Positions 7,301 to 16,070 of a DNA stretch of 20,000 nt are shown in pieces. This DNA is from an uncultured virus (IMG/VR IMGVR_UViG_3300021962_000075). Its lineage: Duplodnaviria > Heunggongvirae > Uroviricota > Caudoviricetes. The notes under the pieces are model-generated. The model did no database searches. It was not told the DNA's origin and was given only the letters and a program-made list of their open reading frames with translations. Location of the stretch: IMG/VR virus record IMGVR_UViG_3300021962_000075; one strand, 5' to 3'. Position 1 is the stretch's first letter, and each line of letters begins with the position of its first letter. The translations under genes and the position numbers were made by a program.

Positions 7301-8780
7301 ACACATTACAATAACAAAAGTAAATGAGGTGTACGGCAAAGTGGTCTGTGAACGCCACGTTGCAAGGGAACTGTCAGAATACTTCACGTTCTTTGTACCT
7401 GGTTATCAGTTCGTTCCAGCCTATCGGAATCGCATTTGGGATGGTAAGATTCGTCTATTCAATCTACAGACCAGTCAACTATATCTTGGATTGATTCCAT
7501 ATCTTACAGAGTTTTGTGATGAACGTGAGTATGCATACTCGCATGACCTGATTGAAGATGAATATTCTGTGTATCATGCACACAAGTTCTTTGATACTTT
7601 GAATCTACATTCAAATGGTAAACCAATCGGTGTCAGAGAACATCAACAAAATGCGTTTATTGAAGCAATACAGAAACGTAGAACCTTATTGTTGTCACCA
7701 ACCGCATCAGGCAAATCACTTATCATATACTTGTTGTTTAGACAATTATTGGATTATCAAGACCTGAAAGGTTTAATTATTGTACCGACAACATCATTGG
7801 TAGAACAGTTGTACACAGACTTCCAAGATTATTCAAGTGAAAATGGTTTTGATGTTGAAGATAATGTACACAGAATCTACCAAGGTAAAGATAAAGTAAC
7901 TGATAAAAAACTTACAATATCCACTTGGCAATCATTGTACAAACTTCCACCAGAGTATTTTCAACAGTTCGATTATGTGATTGGTGATGAGGCACACCTA
8001 TTCAAGGCACAGTCTTTAACATCTATACTGACAGCCTGTGTTAATGCCAAATACCGAGTTGGTCTTACTGGAACTTTGGACGGAACCAAAACACACAAAC
8101 TGGTATTAGAAGGTTTATTTGGCCCAACTAAAAAGGTTATCACCACCAAAGAGTTGATTGATAAGAAACAATTATCTCCATTTAATATCAAGTGTTTGGT
8201 GTTGAAACATTCTGATGAGATTTGTCAAGAAATGAAAGACAAGTCTTATCCAGATGAATTGAAATTTTTAATTGAATCTGAAAATCGAAATCGTTTTATT
8301 CGTAACTTAGCCGTAAGTTTGAACAAGAACACGTTGGTGTTGTTTCAAATGAAGAAGCATGGTAAGTTACTTTACGAAATGATTAAAGAAAAGGCAATTG
8401 GCCGAAATGTATTCTTTGTTGACGGTGACGTTGAAACGGATGTCAGAGAAGAAATACGCAGACTCATGGAGATATCCGAAAACGCCATCTTTGTGGCATC
8501 GTTTGGTACAACAAGTACCGGTATCAACATCAAAAACTTACACAATATCATATTCACATCGCCGTCAAAATCGAGAGTTAGAAATTTACAATCTATTGGC
8601 CGTGGATTAAGGCAATCTGATAACAAAGAGATTGCAACACTTTATGATATTGCAGACGACTTAAGAATCAAAAAACACACAAACTTTACTTTACAACACT
8701 TCGTTGAAAGAGTGAAGATATATAATGAAGAACAGTTCTCTTTTAAGATTTACAATATAGGACTAAAAAATGGCAGTTAA
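7293..8780 (+). CDS. uvsW: SF2 DNA/RNA-DNA helicase UvsW
   Basis: Contains WDGKIRLF, Walker A SPTASGKS, DEAH, GLTGT and LQSIGRGLR. Confidence 0.96.
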   Translation: MVEHITITKVNEVYGKVVCERHVARELSEYFTFFVPGYQFVPAYRNRIWDGKIRLFNLQTSQLYLGLIPYLTEFCDEREYAYSHDLIEDEYSVYHAHKFFDTLNLHSNGKPIGVREHQQNAFIEAIQKRRTLLLSPTASGKSLIIYLLFRQLLDYQDLKGLIIVPTTSLVEQLYTDFQDYSSENGFDVEDNVHRIYQGKDKVTDKKLTISTWQSLYKLPPEYFQQFDYVIGDEAHLFKAQSLTSILTACVNAKYRVGLTGTLDGTKTHKLVLEGLFGPTKKVITTKELIDKKQLSPFNIKCLVLKHSDEICQEMKDKSYPDELKFLIESENRNRFIRNLAVSLNKNTLVLFQMKKHGKLLYEMIKEKAIGRNVFFVDGDVETDVREEIRRLMEISENAIFVASFGTTSTGINIKNLHNIIFTSPSKSRVRNLQSIGRGLRQSDNKEIATLYDIADDLRIKKHTNFTLQHFVERVKIYNEEQFSFKIYNIGLKNGS

Positions 8781-9120
8781 AATTTTACGTTTAAAAGATG
8801 GTCTGGATATAATCTGTGACTGCATTTTTGAAAAAGATAACAAAGTGGTGATTGACAATCCCATGTTGTTTGAACTCAGAGGCATGAATCTGGTATTGCA
8901 ATACTGGTTACCAATGGCCGTAATGAAAGGTGAATCTGTTGAGATGAGAATGGATAACATTCTCTGCACGATGGATCCAACCGATGATTTTGAAGAATAC
9001 TATTCAATGTCTGTTATTAGATTGAAAGACTCTGAGAGAAAAGAAAGAGAAGTGGATCTCAACGATGAGATACTAGCAGCTTTCGAAGAAAAGGAAATTG
9101 GTAAATCCTTAATACATTAA
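8770..9120 (+). CDS. Conserved-position hypothetical protein (Sm-like beta pattern) between uvsW and gp55
   Basis: 116 aa starting VKILRLKDGLDIIC and containing NPM and YWLP, with an acidic tail. Overlaps the uvsW stop. Confidence 0.65.
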   Translation: MAVKILRLKDGLDIICDCIFEKDNKVVIDNPMLFELRGMNLVLQYWLPMAVMKGESVEMRMDNILCTMDPTDDFEEYYSMSVIRLKDSERKEREVDLNDEILAAFEEKEIGKSLIH

Positions 9121-9141
9121 TATCATAGGGGGACACCGTGG

Positions 9142-9170
9142 ACTATATCACATGTCAAGCCCTTTGTCAA
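9142..9170 (-). promoter_or_regulatory. Antisense sigma70-type promoter upstream of gp55
   Basis: The minus strand reads TTGACA (9170-9165), a 17-nt spacer and TATAGT (9147-9142), preceded by TGA (extended -10). Confidence 0.6.
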
Positions 9171-9192
9171 CAACTTTTTATGGTACATTTGA

Positions 9193-9738
9193 ATGAGTAA
9201 ACAGAAACATTATATAAACAATGCAGACTTCCTAAAGGCACTTGTCGATTACAAGACCAGATGCGTAGAGGCCGAACAGGCTGGCAAACCAAAACCAAAC
9301 ATTCCCAATTACATTGGTGAATGCTTTATGAAAATTGCCGAAGGTCTATCACACAAACCAAACTTCATCAACTACACTTACCGTGACGAAATGATTTCCG
9401 ATGGTATTGAAAACTGCTTGATGTACTTTGAGAACTTTGACCCGTCTAAGTCTAACAATCCATTTGCCTATTTTACACAAGTTATCTACTTTGCATTCCT
9501 ACGTAGAATACAAAAAGAAAAGAAACAACTATACGTCAAGTACAAGGCCACAGAGATGTATGGTATTCTGGATGAATTTGAAATGTTAGAATCGGAAGAT
9601 GGTAGTACCAAACAATTCGAACTATATGAAAATATTGCAGAGTTCATTGAAACATATGAAGATGCCAGAAAAACTAAGAAGGCTGGCAAAGACGCTGCAA
9701 AGAAACCAAAAGGGCTTGAAAAATTTATTGAGGAGTGA
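9193..9738 (+). CDS. gp55: Late-transcription sigma factor
   Basis: Contains HYINNADFL, YIGECFMKIAEGLSHKPNFINYTYRDEMISDGIENC and NPFAYFTQVIYFAFLRRIQKEKKQ. It ends in a clamp-binding-like GLEKFIEE. Confidence 0.96.
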   Translation: MSKQKHYINNADFLKALVDYKTRCVEAEQAGKPKPNIPNYIGECFMKIAEGLSHKPNFINYTYRDEMISDGIENCLMYFENFDPSKSNNPFAYFTQVIYFAFLRRIQKEKKQLYVKYKATEMYGILDEFEMLESEDGSTKQFELYENIAEFIETYEDARKTKKAGKDAAKKPKGLEKFIEE

Positions 9739-9742
9739 TATA

Positions 9743-10183
9743 ATGAAAGTTGGATTTACTTGTTCCACTTTTGATTTGTTTCATGCTGGGCATATTATAA
9801 TGCTCAAGGAAGCCAAACAACAGTGTGATTATCTTATAGTTGGATTACAAACTGACCCCACTATTGATAGACCAAAAGAAAAGAACAGACCGGTTCAAAG
9901 CATTTTTGAAAGGTATGTACAACTACAGGCCTGCAAATATGTGGATGAAATTGTGGTTTATGCCACGGAAAAAGACCTGTTGGATATATTGCTTTCTTTT
10001 CCAATTAATGTTAGAATCTTAGGTGATGAGTATGAAAGCAAAACCTTTACTGGTAGACAAGAGTGTATGAATAAAGGTATAAAATTTTACTTTAATAAAC
10101 GTGAACACACCTTCTCAACAACAGAGTTGAGGCAAAGAGTTGTGGATGCGGAAGCAGAAAAGTTGATGAAAAATATAGTATGA
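9743..10183 (+). CDS. Cytidylyltransferase (TagD/glycerol-3-phosphate cytidylyltransferase-like)
   Basis: The true start is the ATG at 9743 after GAGGAG. Reads MKVGFTCSTFDLFHAGH (HxGH), then CDYLIVGLQTD and KYVDEI, with a C-terminal FSTTELR. Confidence 0.88.
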   Translation: MKVGFTCSTFDLFHAGHIIMLKEAKQQCDYLIVGLQTDPTIDRPKEKNRPVQSIFERYVQLQACKYVDEIVVYATEKDLLDILLSFPINVRILGDEYESKTFTGRQECMNKGIKFYFNKREHTFSTTELRQRVVDAEAEKLMKNIV

Positions 10184-11247
10184 AAGTTGCGATAATTACC
10201 GACCAACATTTTGGTGCCAGAAACGATTCAACATTGTTTTTGGATTTCTTTGAGAAGTTTTATAAAGAGACTTTCTTTCCGGCCTTGGTAAAAGAAAAAA
10301 TTGATACCGTACTTATTCTTGGTGATACGTTTGACCGTAGAAAGTATGTTAACTTCTTCTCATTGAAACGTGCCAAACAAATGTTCTTTGACCCGTTGTT
10401 TGACTTGGGCATTCAAGTGCATATGTTGGCCGGTAACCACGACACATACTTTAAAAATACCAACGATGTTAATTCTGCCGACTTGTTGTTAGGTGAATAC
10501 GGTATTACACTAAATGTTATTGACCATCCAACCGAAATATATGTTGGACCACATAAGATTTGTATGATGCCTTGGATTTGTCCCGAGAATTATGAAGATT
10601 CTTTAGAGACATTGAAAGAGACCGATGCAAAGTTTTGTATGGGTCATTTTGAAATTGCAGGCTTTGCCATGTATCGTGGTATGCCATCTGAAGGAGGGTT
10701 AGACCGTGGTATTTTTAGGAAGTTTAGTCACACTTTTAGTGGTCATTACCATCACAAATCTTCTAGTGATGATATCTACTATTTGGGCAATCCATACGAA
10801 CTTACTTGGCAGGATTATAATGACCCTCGGGGTTTTCATTTGTTTGACTTGGATACTCACCAACTTGAATTCATAGAAAATCCAAATAAAATGTTCCATC
10901 GTATTATTTACGATGACAAAGAACAATCTATCAAAGAGATTGACGGTAAAGATTTAAAACCATACACAAACACATATGTTAAAGTGGTTGTAATTAATAA
11001 AAACAACCCGTATTTGTTTGACAAATTCATGAATAACCTGTATAATGTAAACCCTGCTGATATTACTATTGCAGAAGATTTTACAGAATTAGAAGATGGT
11101 GATGAAGCGATTGATGAAGCCGAAGACACACTCACCATATTAAACAAGTATGTTGATGGTATTACGGAAGAAAGTATTGACAACGACAAGTTGAAAACAT
11201 TATTGAAAGAACTCTACGTAGAGGCATTGAATACTGAACAAGCATGA
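10180..11247 (+). CDS. gp47: Recombination endonuclease subunit (Mre11/SbcD-like)
   Basis: Contains metallophosphoesterase motifs TDQHFG, LGDTFD, GNHD, GHFE and SGHYHH. Confidence 0.95.
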   Translation: MKVAIITDQHFGARNDSTLFLDFFEKFYKETFFPALVKEKIDTVLILGDTFDRRKYVNFFSLKRAKQMFFDPLFDLGIQVHMLAGNHDTYFKNTNDVNSADLLLGEYGITLNVIDHPTEIYVGPHKICMMPWICPENYEDSLETLKETDAKFCMGHFEIAGFAMYRGMPSEGGLDRGIFRKFSHTFSGHYHHKSSSDDIYYLGNPYELTWQDYNDPRGFHLFDLDTHQLEFIENPNKMFHRIIYDDKEQSIKEIDGKDLKPYTNTYVKVVVINKNNPYLFDKFMNNLYNVNPADITIAEDFTELEDGDEAIDEAEDTLTILNKYVDGITEESIDNDKLKTLLKELYVEALNTEQA

Positions 11248-12962
11248 TTTTATTCCAAAAGATTAAGTGGAAGAATTTTCTATCCACTGGAGCACACTTT
11301 ACTGAAATTGATTTTACCAAGTCCAATAACACATTGATTATTGGTCACAATGGCGCAGGCAAGTCCACAATTTTGGATGCATTATGTTTTGGATTGTTTG
11401 GTAAACCTTTTCGTAAGATTAACAAGCCACAATTACTCAACTCTGTCAACGGCAAAGAAGCCGTTGTAGAAGTTCATTTCAATATTGGACAAAAAAGATA
11501 CAAAGTAATTCGTGGTATTAAACCAAATGTATTTGAAATTTATCTGAATGATGTATTGCTGAACCAAGATGCAGCTGCAAAAGACTATCAAGAGATACTA
11601 GAGAATAATATTCTCAAACTAAATTACAAGTCCTTTACGCAGGTTGTCATTCTTGGTTCAGCATCATTTGTTCCGTTCATGCAGTTATCGGCATCTGACC
11701 GTAGAGCAATCATTGAAGACCTACTAGACATTCAAATTTTTTCCTCAATGAACAATGTTATCAAGGAGAAGAACTCGGCCATCAAAGAAGAATTGAATAA
11801 AACCAAGTATGCAATTTCTCTTACCGAAGAAAAGATAACTCTACAAAAACAAAACATCGAAGAACATAAAAAGAACCATGATGCAGAAATTAAACGCAAA
11901 CAGGAAGAAATAGAAAAATCAAAAACTCAAATGAGTACATTGCAAAGTGATATTCAGTTGATTAATAAACATATTGCGGTATTACAGAATAGGGTTGGTG
12001 ATAAGAAAGAGAAGCTGGATAAAAAATCCAAGAGTCTATTTCAAATCAAAGGTAAAGTGCAAACTAATATTGACCGAAACCAAAAGGAGATTGACTTCTA
12101 TGAAAACAACCACGATTGTCCAACTTGCAAACAGTCTATCACACCTGAGTGGAAAGATTCTCAAGTACAAGAAAAGTCAGAGAAAATCACTACACAAAAA
12201 ACTGGATTGGTTGAGATTGAACAGGAACTAACCAAAGTAACTGCCGAAATCAAATTAATAACAGATATACTTTCGCATATCAGTGAACATAATGGTGAAG
12301 TTATTAAACATACTTCTACCATATCAGCAATAAACAACTACATCACCAAGTTGAATACTGAGATTGATGAGTTGACTAAGAAACAAACCAACACAGAAGG
12401 TAGTGACCAAAAGTTAACTGAATTGAATACTGCACTGGAAGAACACCGTAAAGCTTATGAAGTGAGTTTGACCGAAAAACATTACCATGAATTTGCAGGT
12501 ACTTTGTTGAAAGATGGCGGCATTAAGACACGTATCATTAAACAATATTTGCCAATTATGAATAAGTTGATTAACAAGTACCTGAAAGCCATGGACTTCT
12601 TTGTCAACTTTAACATCAACGAAAACTTTGAAGAAACAATTAAGAGTAGACACCGTGATGACTTCTCTTATGCCAATTTTTCGGAAGGTGAAAAAATGCG
12701 TATTGATTTGGCACTATTGTTTACTTGGCGACAGATTGCCAAACTAAAGAATAGTACGAATACAAATTTGTTGATACTTGATGAAGTGTTTGATTCTAGC
12801 CTTGATACCGTAGGTACTGAAGAATTTCTGAAGTTGATACAAGAAATGGGTGCAGATACGAACGTGTTTGTTATCTCACATAAAGGCGACCAACTGTTCG
12901 ATAAGTTCCGTTCGGTTATTAAATTTGAAAAGAAAAATAATTTTTCAAGGATTGCAAAATGA
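11244..12962 (+). CDS. gp46: Recombination ATPase subunit (Rad50/SbcC-like)
   Basis: Contains Walker A GHNGAGKST, a coiled coil with a CPTC zinc hook, the signature FSEGE, Walker B LILDEVFD and ISH. Confidence 0.96.
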   Translation: MILFQKIKWKNFLSTGAHFTEIDFTKSNNTLIIGHNGAGKSTILDALCFGLFGKPFRKINKPQLLNSVNGKEAVVEVHFNIGQKRYKVIRGIKPNVFEIYLNDVLLNQDAAAKDYQEILENNILKLNYKSFTQVVILGSASFVPFMQLSASDRRAIIEDLLDIQIFSSMNNVIKEKNSAIKEELNKTKYAISLTEEKITLQKQNIEEHKKNHDAEIKRKQEEIEKSKTQMSTLQSDIQLINKHIAVLQNRVGDKKEKLDKKSKSLFQIKGKVQTNIDRNQKEIDFYENNHDCPTCKQSITPEWKDSQVQEKSEKITTQKTGLVEIEQELTKVTAEIKLITDILSHISEHNGEVIKHTSTISAINNYITKLNTEIDELTKKQTNTEGSDQKLTELNTALEEHRKAYEVSLTEKHYHEFAGTLLKDGGIKTRIIKQYLPIMNKLINKYLKAMDFFVNFNINENFEETIKSRHRDDFSYANFSEGEKMRIDLALLFTWRQIAKLKNSTNTNLLILDEVFDSSLDTVGTEEFLKLIQEMGADTNVFVISHKGDQLFDKFRSVIKFEKKNNFSRIAK

Positions 12963-13552
12963 ATACAGAAGATATTGTCTTATATAACACAGAAGAAACG
13001 ATTAAGGTTGCACCGACAGCCGAAAAGGTTGAAACGTTTGACTTGGTACCGCCAGACCATCCAGCACTTTACAAAGTCCTACCAGAGTTTGATTTTGAAA
13101 ATGCACCAATCAATCCAAATAGTTTTGCATCTACATTGGTGGAGACTTGTAGAAAACATCATGGTATTGGTCTATCTGCAAATCAATGTGGTTTTGAATA
13201 CCGTGTTTTTGTTATGGGTGCCGGTGAAGAATATGTGGCATATTTCAATCCAAAAATCATTTCATCAAGTGGCGAAAAACACATGGAAGAAGGATGCCTT
13301 TCATTTCCTTTCTTAAATCTCCACATTACCAGACCAGAAACTGTAGAGGTTGAATACCAGGATTTCACAGGTGAGAAACGTACCAAAACTTTTAATGGCA
13401 TATCTGCAAGATGTTTTCTTCATGAGCTTGACCACATGAACGGGATAGTGTATACTAGTCGTGTAAAACCACTTGCGTTACAATTTGGTTTGAAAAAGTT
13501 GGATAAAATTAGACGCAAGTACTTTAACCCTAAGAAAACCAAAAGAACTTAA
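12959..13552 (+). CDS. def: Peptide deformylase
   Basis: Has all three PDF motifs: GIGLSANQCG, EGCLS and HELDH. Confidence 0.93.
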   Translation: MNTEDIVLYNTEETIKVAPTAEKVETFDLVPPDHPALYKVLPEFDFENAPINPNSFASTLVETCRKHHGIGLSANQCGFEYRVFVMGAGEEYVAYFNPKIISSSGEKHMEEGCLSFPFLNLHITRPETVEVEYQDFTGEKRTKTFNGISARCFLHELDHMNGIVYTSRVKPLALQFGLKKLDKIRRKYFNPKKTKRT

Positions 13553-14817
13553 TGGCCACACCTATAGATTATGTTGATGCTCAGTGGGAAAAATGGCAGG
13601 TACTAAATGATCCTGAACGTTTCGAACACATTGACACTGAGCAATTGAAAGAGATATTGATTAAGGACCTTACGTATGCCTCACAAATGGATGTACGTGA
13701 GTATACCTTATATCAAAAGTGGTTAGAGGTGCATGAGAAATATCCAACCAGAACAATCAGTACACTCTTTGATGAAGAAGTGCAATTGGTAGATGTTACA
13801 CAAAAGAAACTGGTTGAGAAAGTCAAAAAAAACTTTTGGATGCCAGAAGGTCCAGATGACTATGAAAAATTAAAGCCAAGATTAGTCTTATCTAACGGAC
13901 CTTTGGCAGAAACATGGAATACAGTACGTACATTTTCTTCTACGATGAAGAATAACTCCAACATTGGCCGCAATCTTTATTACACTGTGGTTGATGAAAA
14001 CACCGACAAGTATCTTGGTGTTATCTGTATATCATCTGACTTCTTGGACTTGACTCCAAGAGATACCGCAATTGGTTGGCCACGTGATGTTAAGACACAA
14101 CAAGGCATGATTAATCATACAGCAATTGGTTCTACAATCGTTCCACTACAACCACTTGGTTTCAATTATATGGGTGGTAAATTGTTGGCATTGTTGTGTC
14201 TTGCTGATACCGTACAGAATGATTGGAAAAGACAATATGGAGACGTTCTTGTTGGAGTTACAACTACTTCCCTTTATGGCAACACTAAGTCCAATGGTCT
14301 ATCTCAGTATGATGGTCTTGAACATTGGAACAAAATGGGTTTCTCTAGTGGTTCGGTTGCTTTTGAACCGTCCAGAAAAACCAGAGCAATGATTTATGAT
14401 TGGGTAAAAGAGAATCACACACGTAAATATTTTGAGTGGTGGGAAGCCAAGAATCAAAAAGGTTTGCCACTTAAACGTGACCACAAAAATCGTACATTAA
14501 ATTTTGCGTATGGTAAGTTGGGTATTCCAAAAGAACTTATCCGTACAGAGCATCAGAGAGGCATCTATTTCTCACCTCTCTATAACAACACCAATGAATA
14601 TCTTAGGAAAGAAATTGGTGATGAACAACTGGTCAAATCATTTGATACCAGTGAAGAAACCTTGACGCAAATTTGGAAAACCAAATATGCCAAAGGTCGT
14701 ATATCAATGTTGAAGAAAAAGAATAATGTATCTTATGAATCATTATTTTATGATGACTTGATATACCTGTCTTGGGAAGAAACCAAGGCTAAGTATCTAC
14801 CACAAGTTGGCAGATAA
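13552..14817 (+). CDS. DUF4338 / Druantia DruA-like protein
   Basis: The pattern GRNLYYTVVDE...YLGVICI...RDTAIGW...PLQPLGFNYMGGKLLALL...VTTTSLYG...SQYDGL resembles the conserved DUF4338 core (GR...RD..IGW...GGKL.A...TTTSL.G..S.Y). Recognised by eye. Confidence 0.65.
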   Translation: MATPIDYVDAQWEKWQVLNDPERFEHIDTEQLKEILIKDLTYASQMDVREYTLYQKWLEVHEKYPTRTISTLFDEEVQLVDVTQKKLVEKVKKNFWMPEGPDDYEKLKPRLVLSNGPLAETWNTVRTFSSTMKNNSNIGRNLYYTVVDENTDKYLGVICISSDFLDLTPRDTAIGWPRDVKTQQGMINHTAIGSTIVPLQPLGFNYMGGKLLALLCLADTVQNDWKRQYGDVLVGVTTTSLYGNTKSNGLSQYDGLEHWNKMGFSSGSVAFEPSRKTRAMIYDWVKENHTRKYFEWWEAKNQKGLPLKRDHKNRTLNFAYGKLGIPKELIRTEHQRGIYFSPLYNNTNEYLRKEIGDEQLVKSFDTSEETLTQIWKTKYAKGRISMLKKKNNVSYESLFYDDLIYLSWEETKAKYLPQVGR

Positions 14818-14838
14818 AAAAGTATACCGCCAATATAC

Positions 14839-14867
14839 TTGACACACACACTAAGTAATAGTATAAT
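14839..14867 (+). promoter_or_regulatory. Consensus sigma70 promoter for the winged-helix gene
   Basis: TTGACA (14839-14844), a 17-nt spacer and TATAAT (14862-14867). Confidence 0.9.
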
Positions 14868-14924
14868 GTGAATACTTGCGAAATGCAAGACTTTTGTTTT
14901 TAACTTTGTCATTAGGAGATTATT

Positions 14925-15197
14925 ATGACTACCAAAATTTCTGCGAAAGAAAAAATCCTCAATTATTTGAGCAAGACTGAGGGTTACAACACCCTTTCCA
15001 CAGCACAAGCACGTGCTCGTTTCGGAATCCAAAATGTTTCCGCACGTATTGATGAGTTGCGCCAAGAAGGCCACTGCATCTACACCAACACCAAAACACG
15101 TGGTGATGGTTCTAAGGTATCTGTATACCGTTTGGGTACACCAACTAAAGCAATGGTTCGTACCGCACTTAAAGCTGGTTACAGCTTCAGCGCTTAA
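14925..15197 (+). CDS. Small basic winged helix-turn-helix DNA-binding protein
   Basis: 90 aa with KILNYL...LSTAQARARFGIQNVSARIDELRQEGHCI...YRLG, a wHTH pattern. Preceded by an AGGAG SD. Confidence 0.75.
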   Translation: MTTKISAKEKILNYLSKTEGYNTLSTAQARARFGIQNVSARIDELRQEGHCIYTNTKTRGDGSKVSVYRLGTPTKAMVRTALKAGYSFSA

Positions 15198-15207
15198 TTA
15201 TTAAGCT

Positions 15208-15242
15208 AATAGGGATCCATGCCGGATCCCTATTTTTGTTTT
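15208..15242 (+). terminator. Rho-independent terminator after the wHTH gene
   Basis: AATAGGGATCC-ATGCC-GGATCCCTATT forms an 11-bp perfect stem followed by TTTGTTTT. It is preceded by the palindrome GCTTAAT-T-ATTAAGC (15192-15206). Confidence 0.8.
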
Positions 15243-15251
15243 GGAGAGAAA

Positions 15252-16070
15252 ATGGAAATTTCAATTAAAAAAGAAGAACTTCAGAAGAAAAGCATTTTCG
15301 TTGCTACACCTATGTACGGCGGCATGAATCATGGACTTTATGCCAAGGCATGTCTTGATTTACAAGCACTCTGTATGCAATATGGTGTTACAGTGAAATT
15401 CTCATTTCTTTTCAATGAGTCTTTAATTACACGTGCTAGAAATTATCTTGTTGATGAATTCTTGCACCGTTCAGATTGCACACACATGTTGTTCATTGAT
15501 GCTGATATTCACTTCAATCCACAAGATGTTATTGCCTTGTTGGCCTTAGACAAGGATGTTATTGGTGGTCCTTATCCTAAGAAAGCGATTAAGTGGTCGT
15601 CAGTTAAGAAAGCATTGGCTAAAAATCCAGATATGGAAGCAAGTGCTTTAGATAAAGTTACTGGTGATTATGTTTTCAATCCAGTAAGAGGCACAGATAA
15701 ATTTAGTGTTGCCGATCCACTTGAAGTGTTGGAAATCGGTACCGGTTTTATGATGGTTAAACGTGAAGTTTTCCCTAAGTTTGCAGAAGCATTCCCACAT
15801 CTACGTTACAAACCAGACCACGTTGGCCAAGCCAACTTTGATGGTTCACGTTACATTCATGCGTTCTTTGATACGTTGATTGACACCAAAGATTCTCCAA
15901 CAGGCGGTGGTTCAGACCGTTACTTGTCAGAAGATTACATGTTCTGTCAACTGTGGCGTAAGATTGGTGGTTCTATTTGGTTGTGTCCTTGGATGCGAGC
16001 AGACCACATTGGTACCTATCACTTTAAAGGTGATATGCCAGCAGTAGCAAATTACGTTGGAGAAATGTAA
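15252..16070 (+). CDS. GT-A fold glycosyltransferase-like protein
   Basis: The likely start is the ATG at 15252 after GGAG. Contains IFVATPMYGG, ESLITRARN, the DxD motif FIDADIHF, GTGFMMVKREVF and SEDYMFC. Confidence 0.75.
   Translation: MEISIKKEELQKKSIFVATPMYGGMNHGLYAKACLDLQALCMQYGVTVKFSFLFNESLITRARNYLVDEFLHRSDCTHMLFIDADIHFNPQDVIALLALDKDVIGGPYPKKAIKWSSVKKALAKNPDMEASALDKVTGDYVFNPVRGTDKFSVADPLEVLEIGTGFMMVKREVFPKFAEAFPHLRYKPDHVGQANFDGSRYIHAFFDTLIDTKDSPTGGGSDRYLSEDYMFCQLWRKIGGSIWLCPWMRADHIGTYHFKGDMPAVANYVGEM

Noticed and set aside
7293..8780. UvsW as the helicase partner of a Druantia-like system
   Set aside because: It is a canonical ~500-aa UvsW in core synteny, not a large DUF1998-containing DruE.
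9599..9742. N-terminal extension of the cytidylyltransferase ORF overlapping gp55
   Set aside because: The family-typical start MKVGFT at 9743 has a GAGGAG SD; the upstream part is just an open frame over gp55.
14748..15074. 108-aa minus-strand ORF containing CLCC
   Set aside because: It runs antisense across two genes and a promoter, and has no supporting expression signals.
15219..15251. Upstream ATG for the glycosyltransferase
   Set aside because: This ATG lies in the terminator loop and has no SD; the ATG at 15252 has GGAG.
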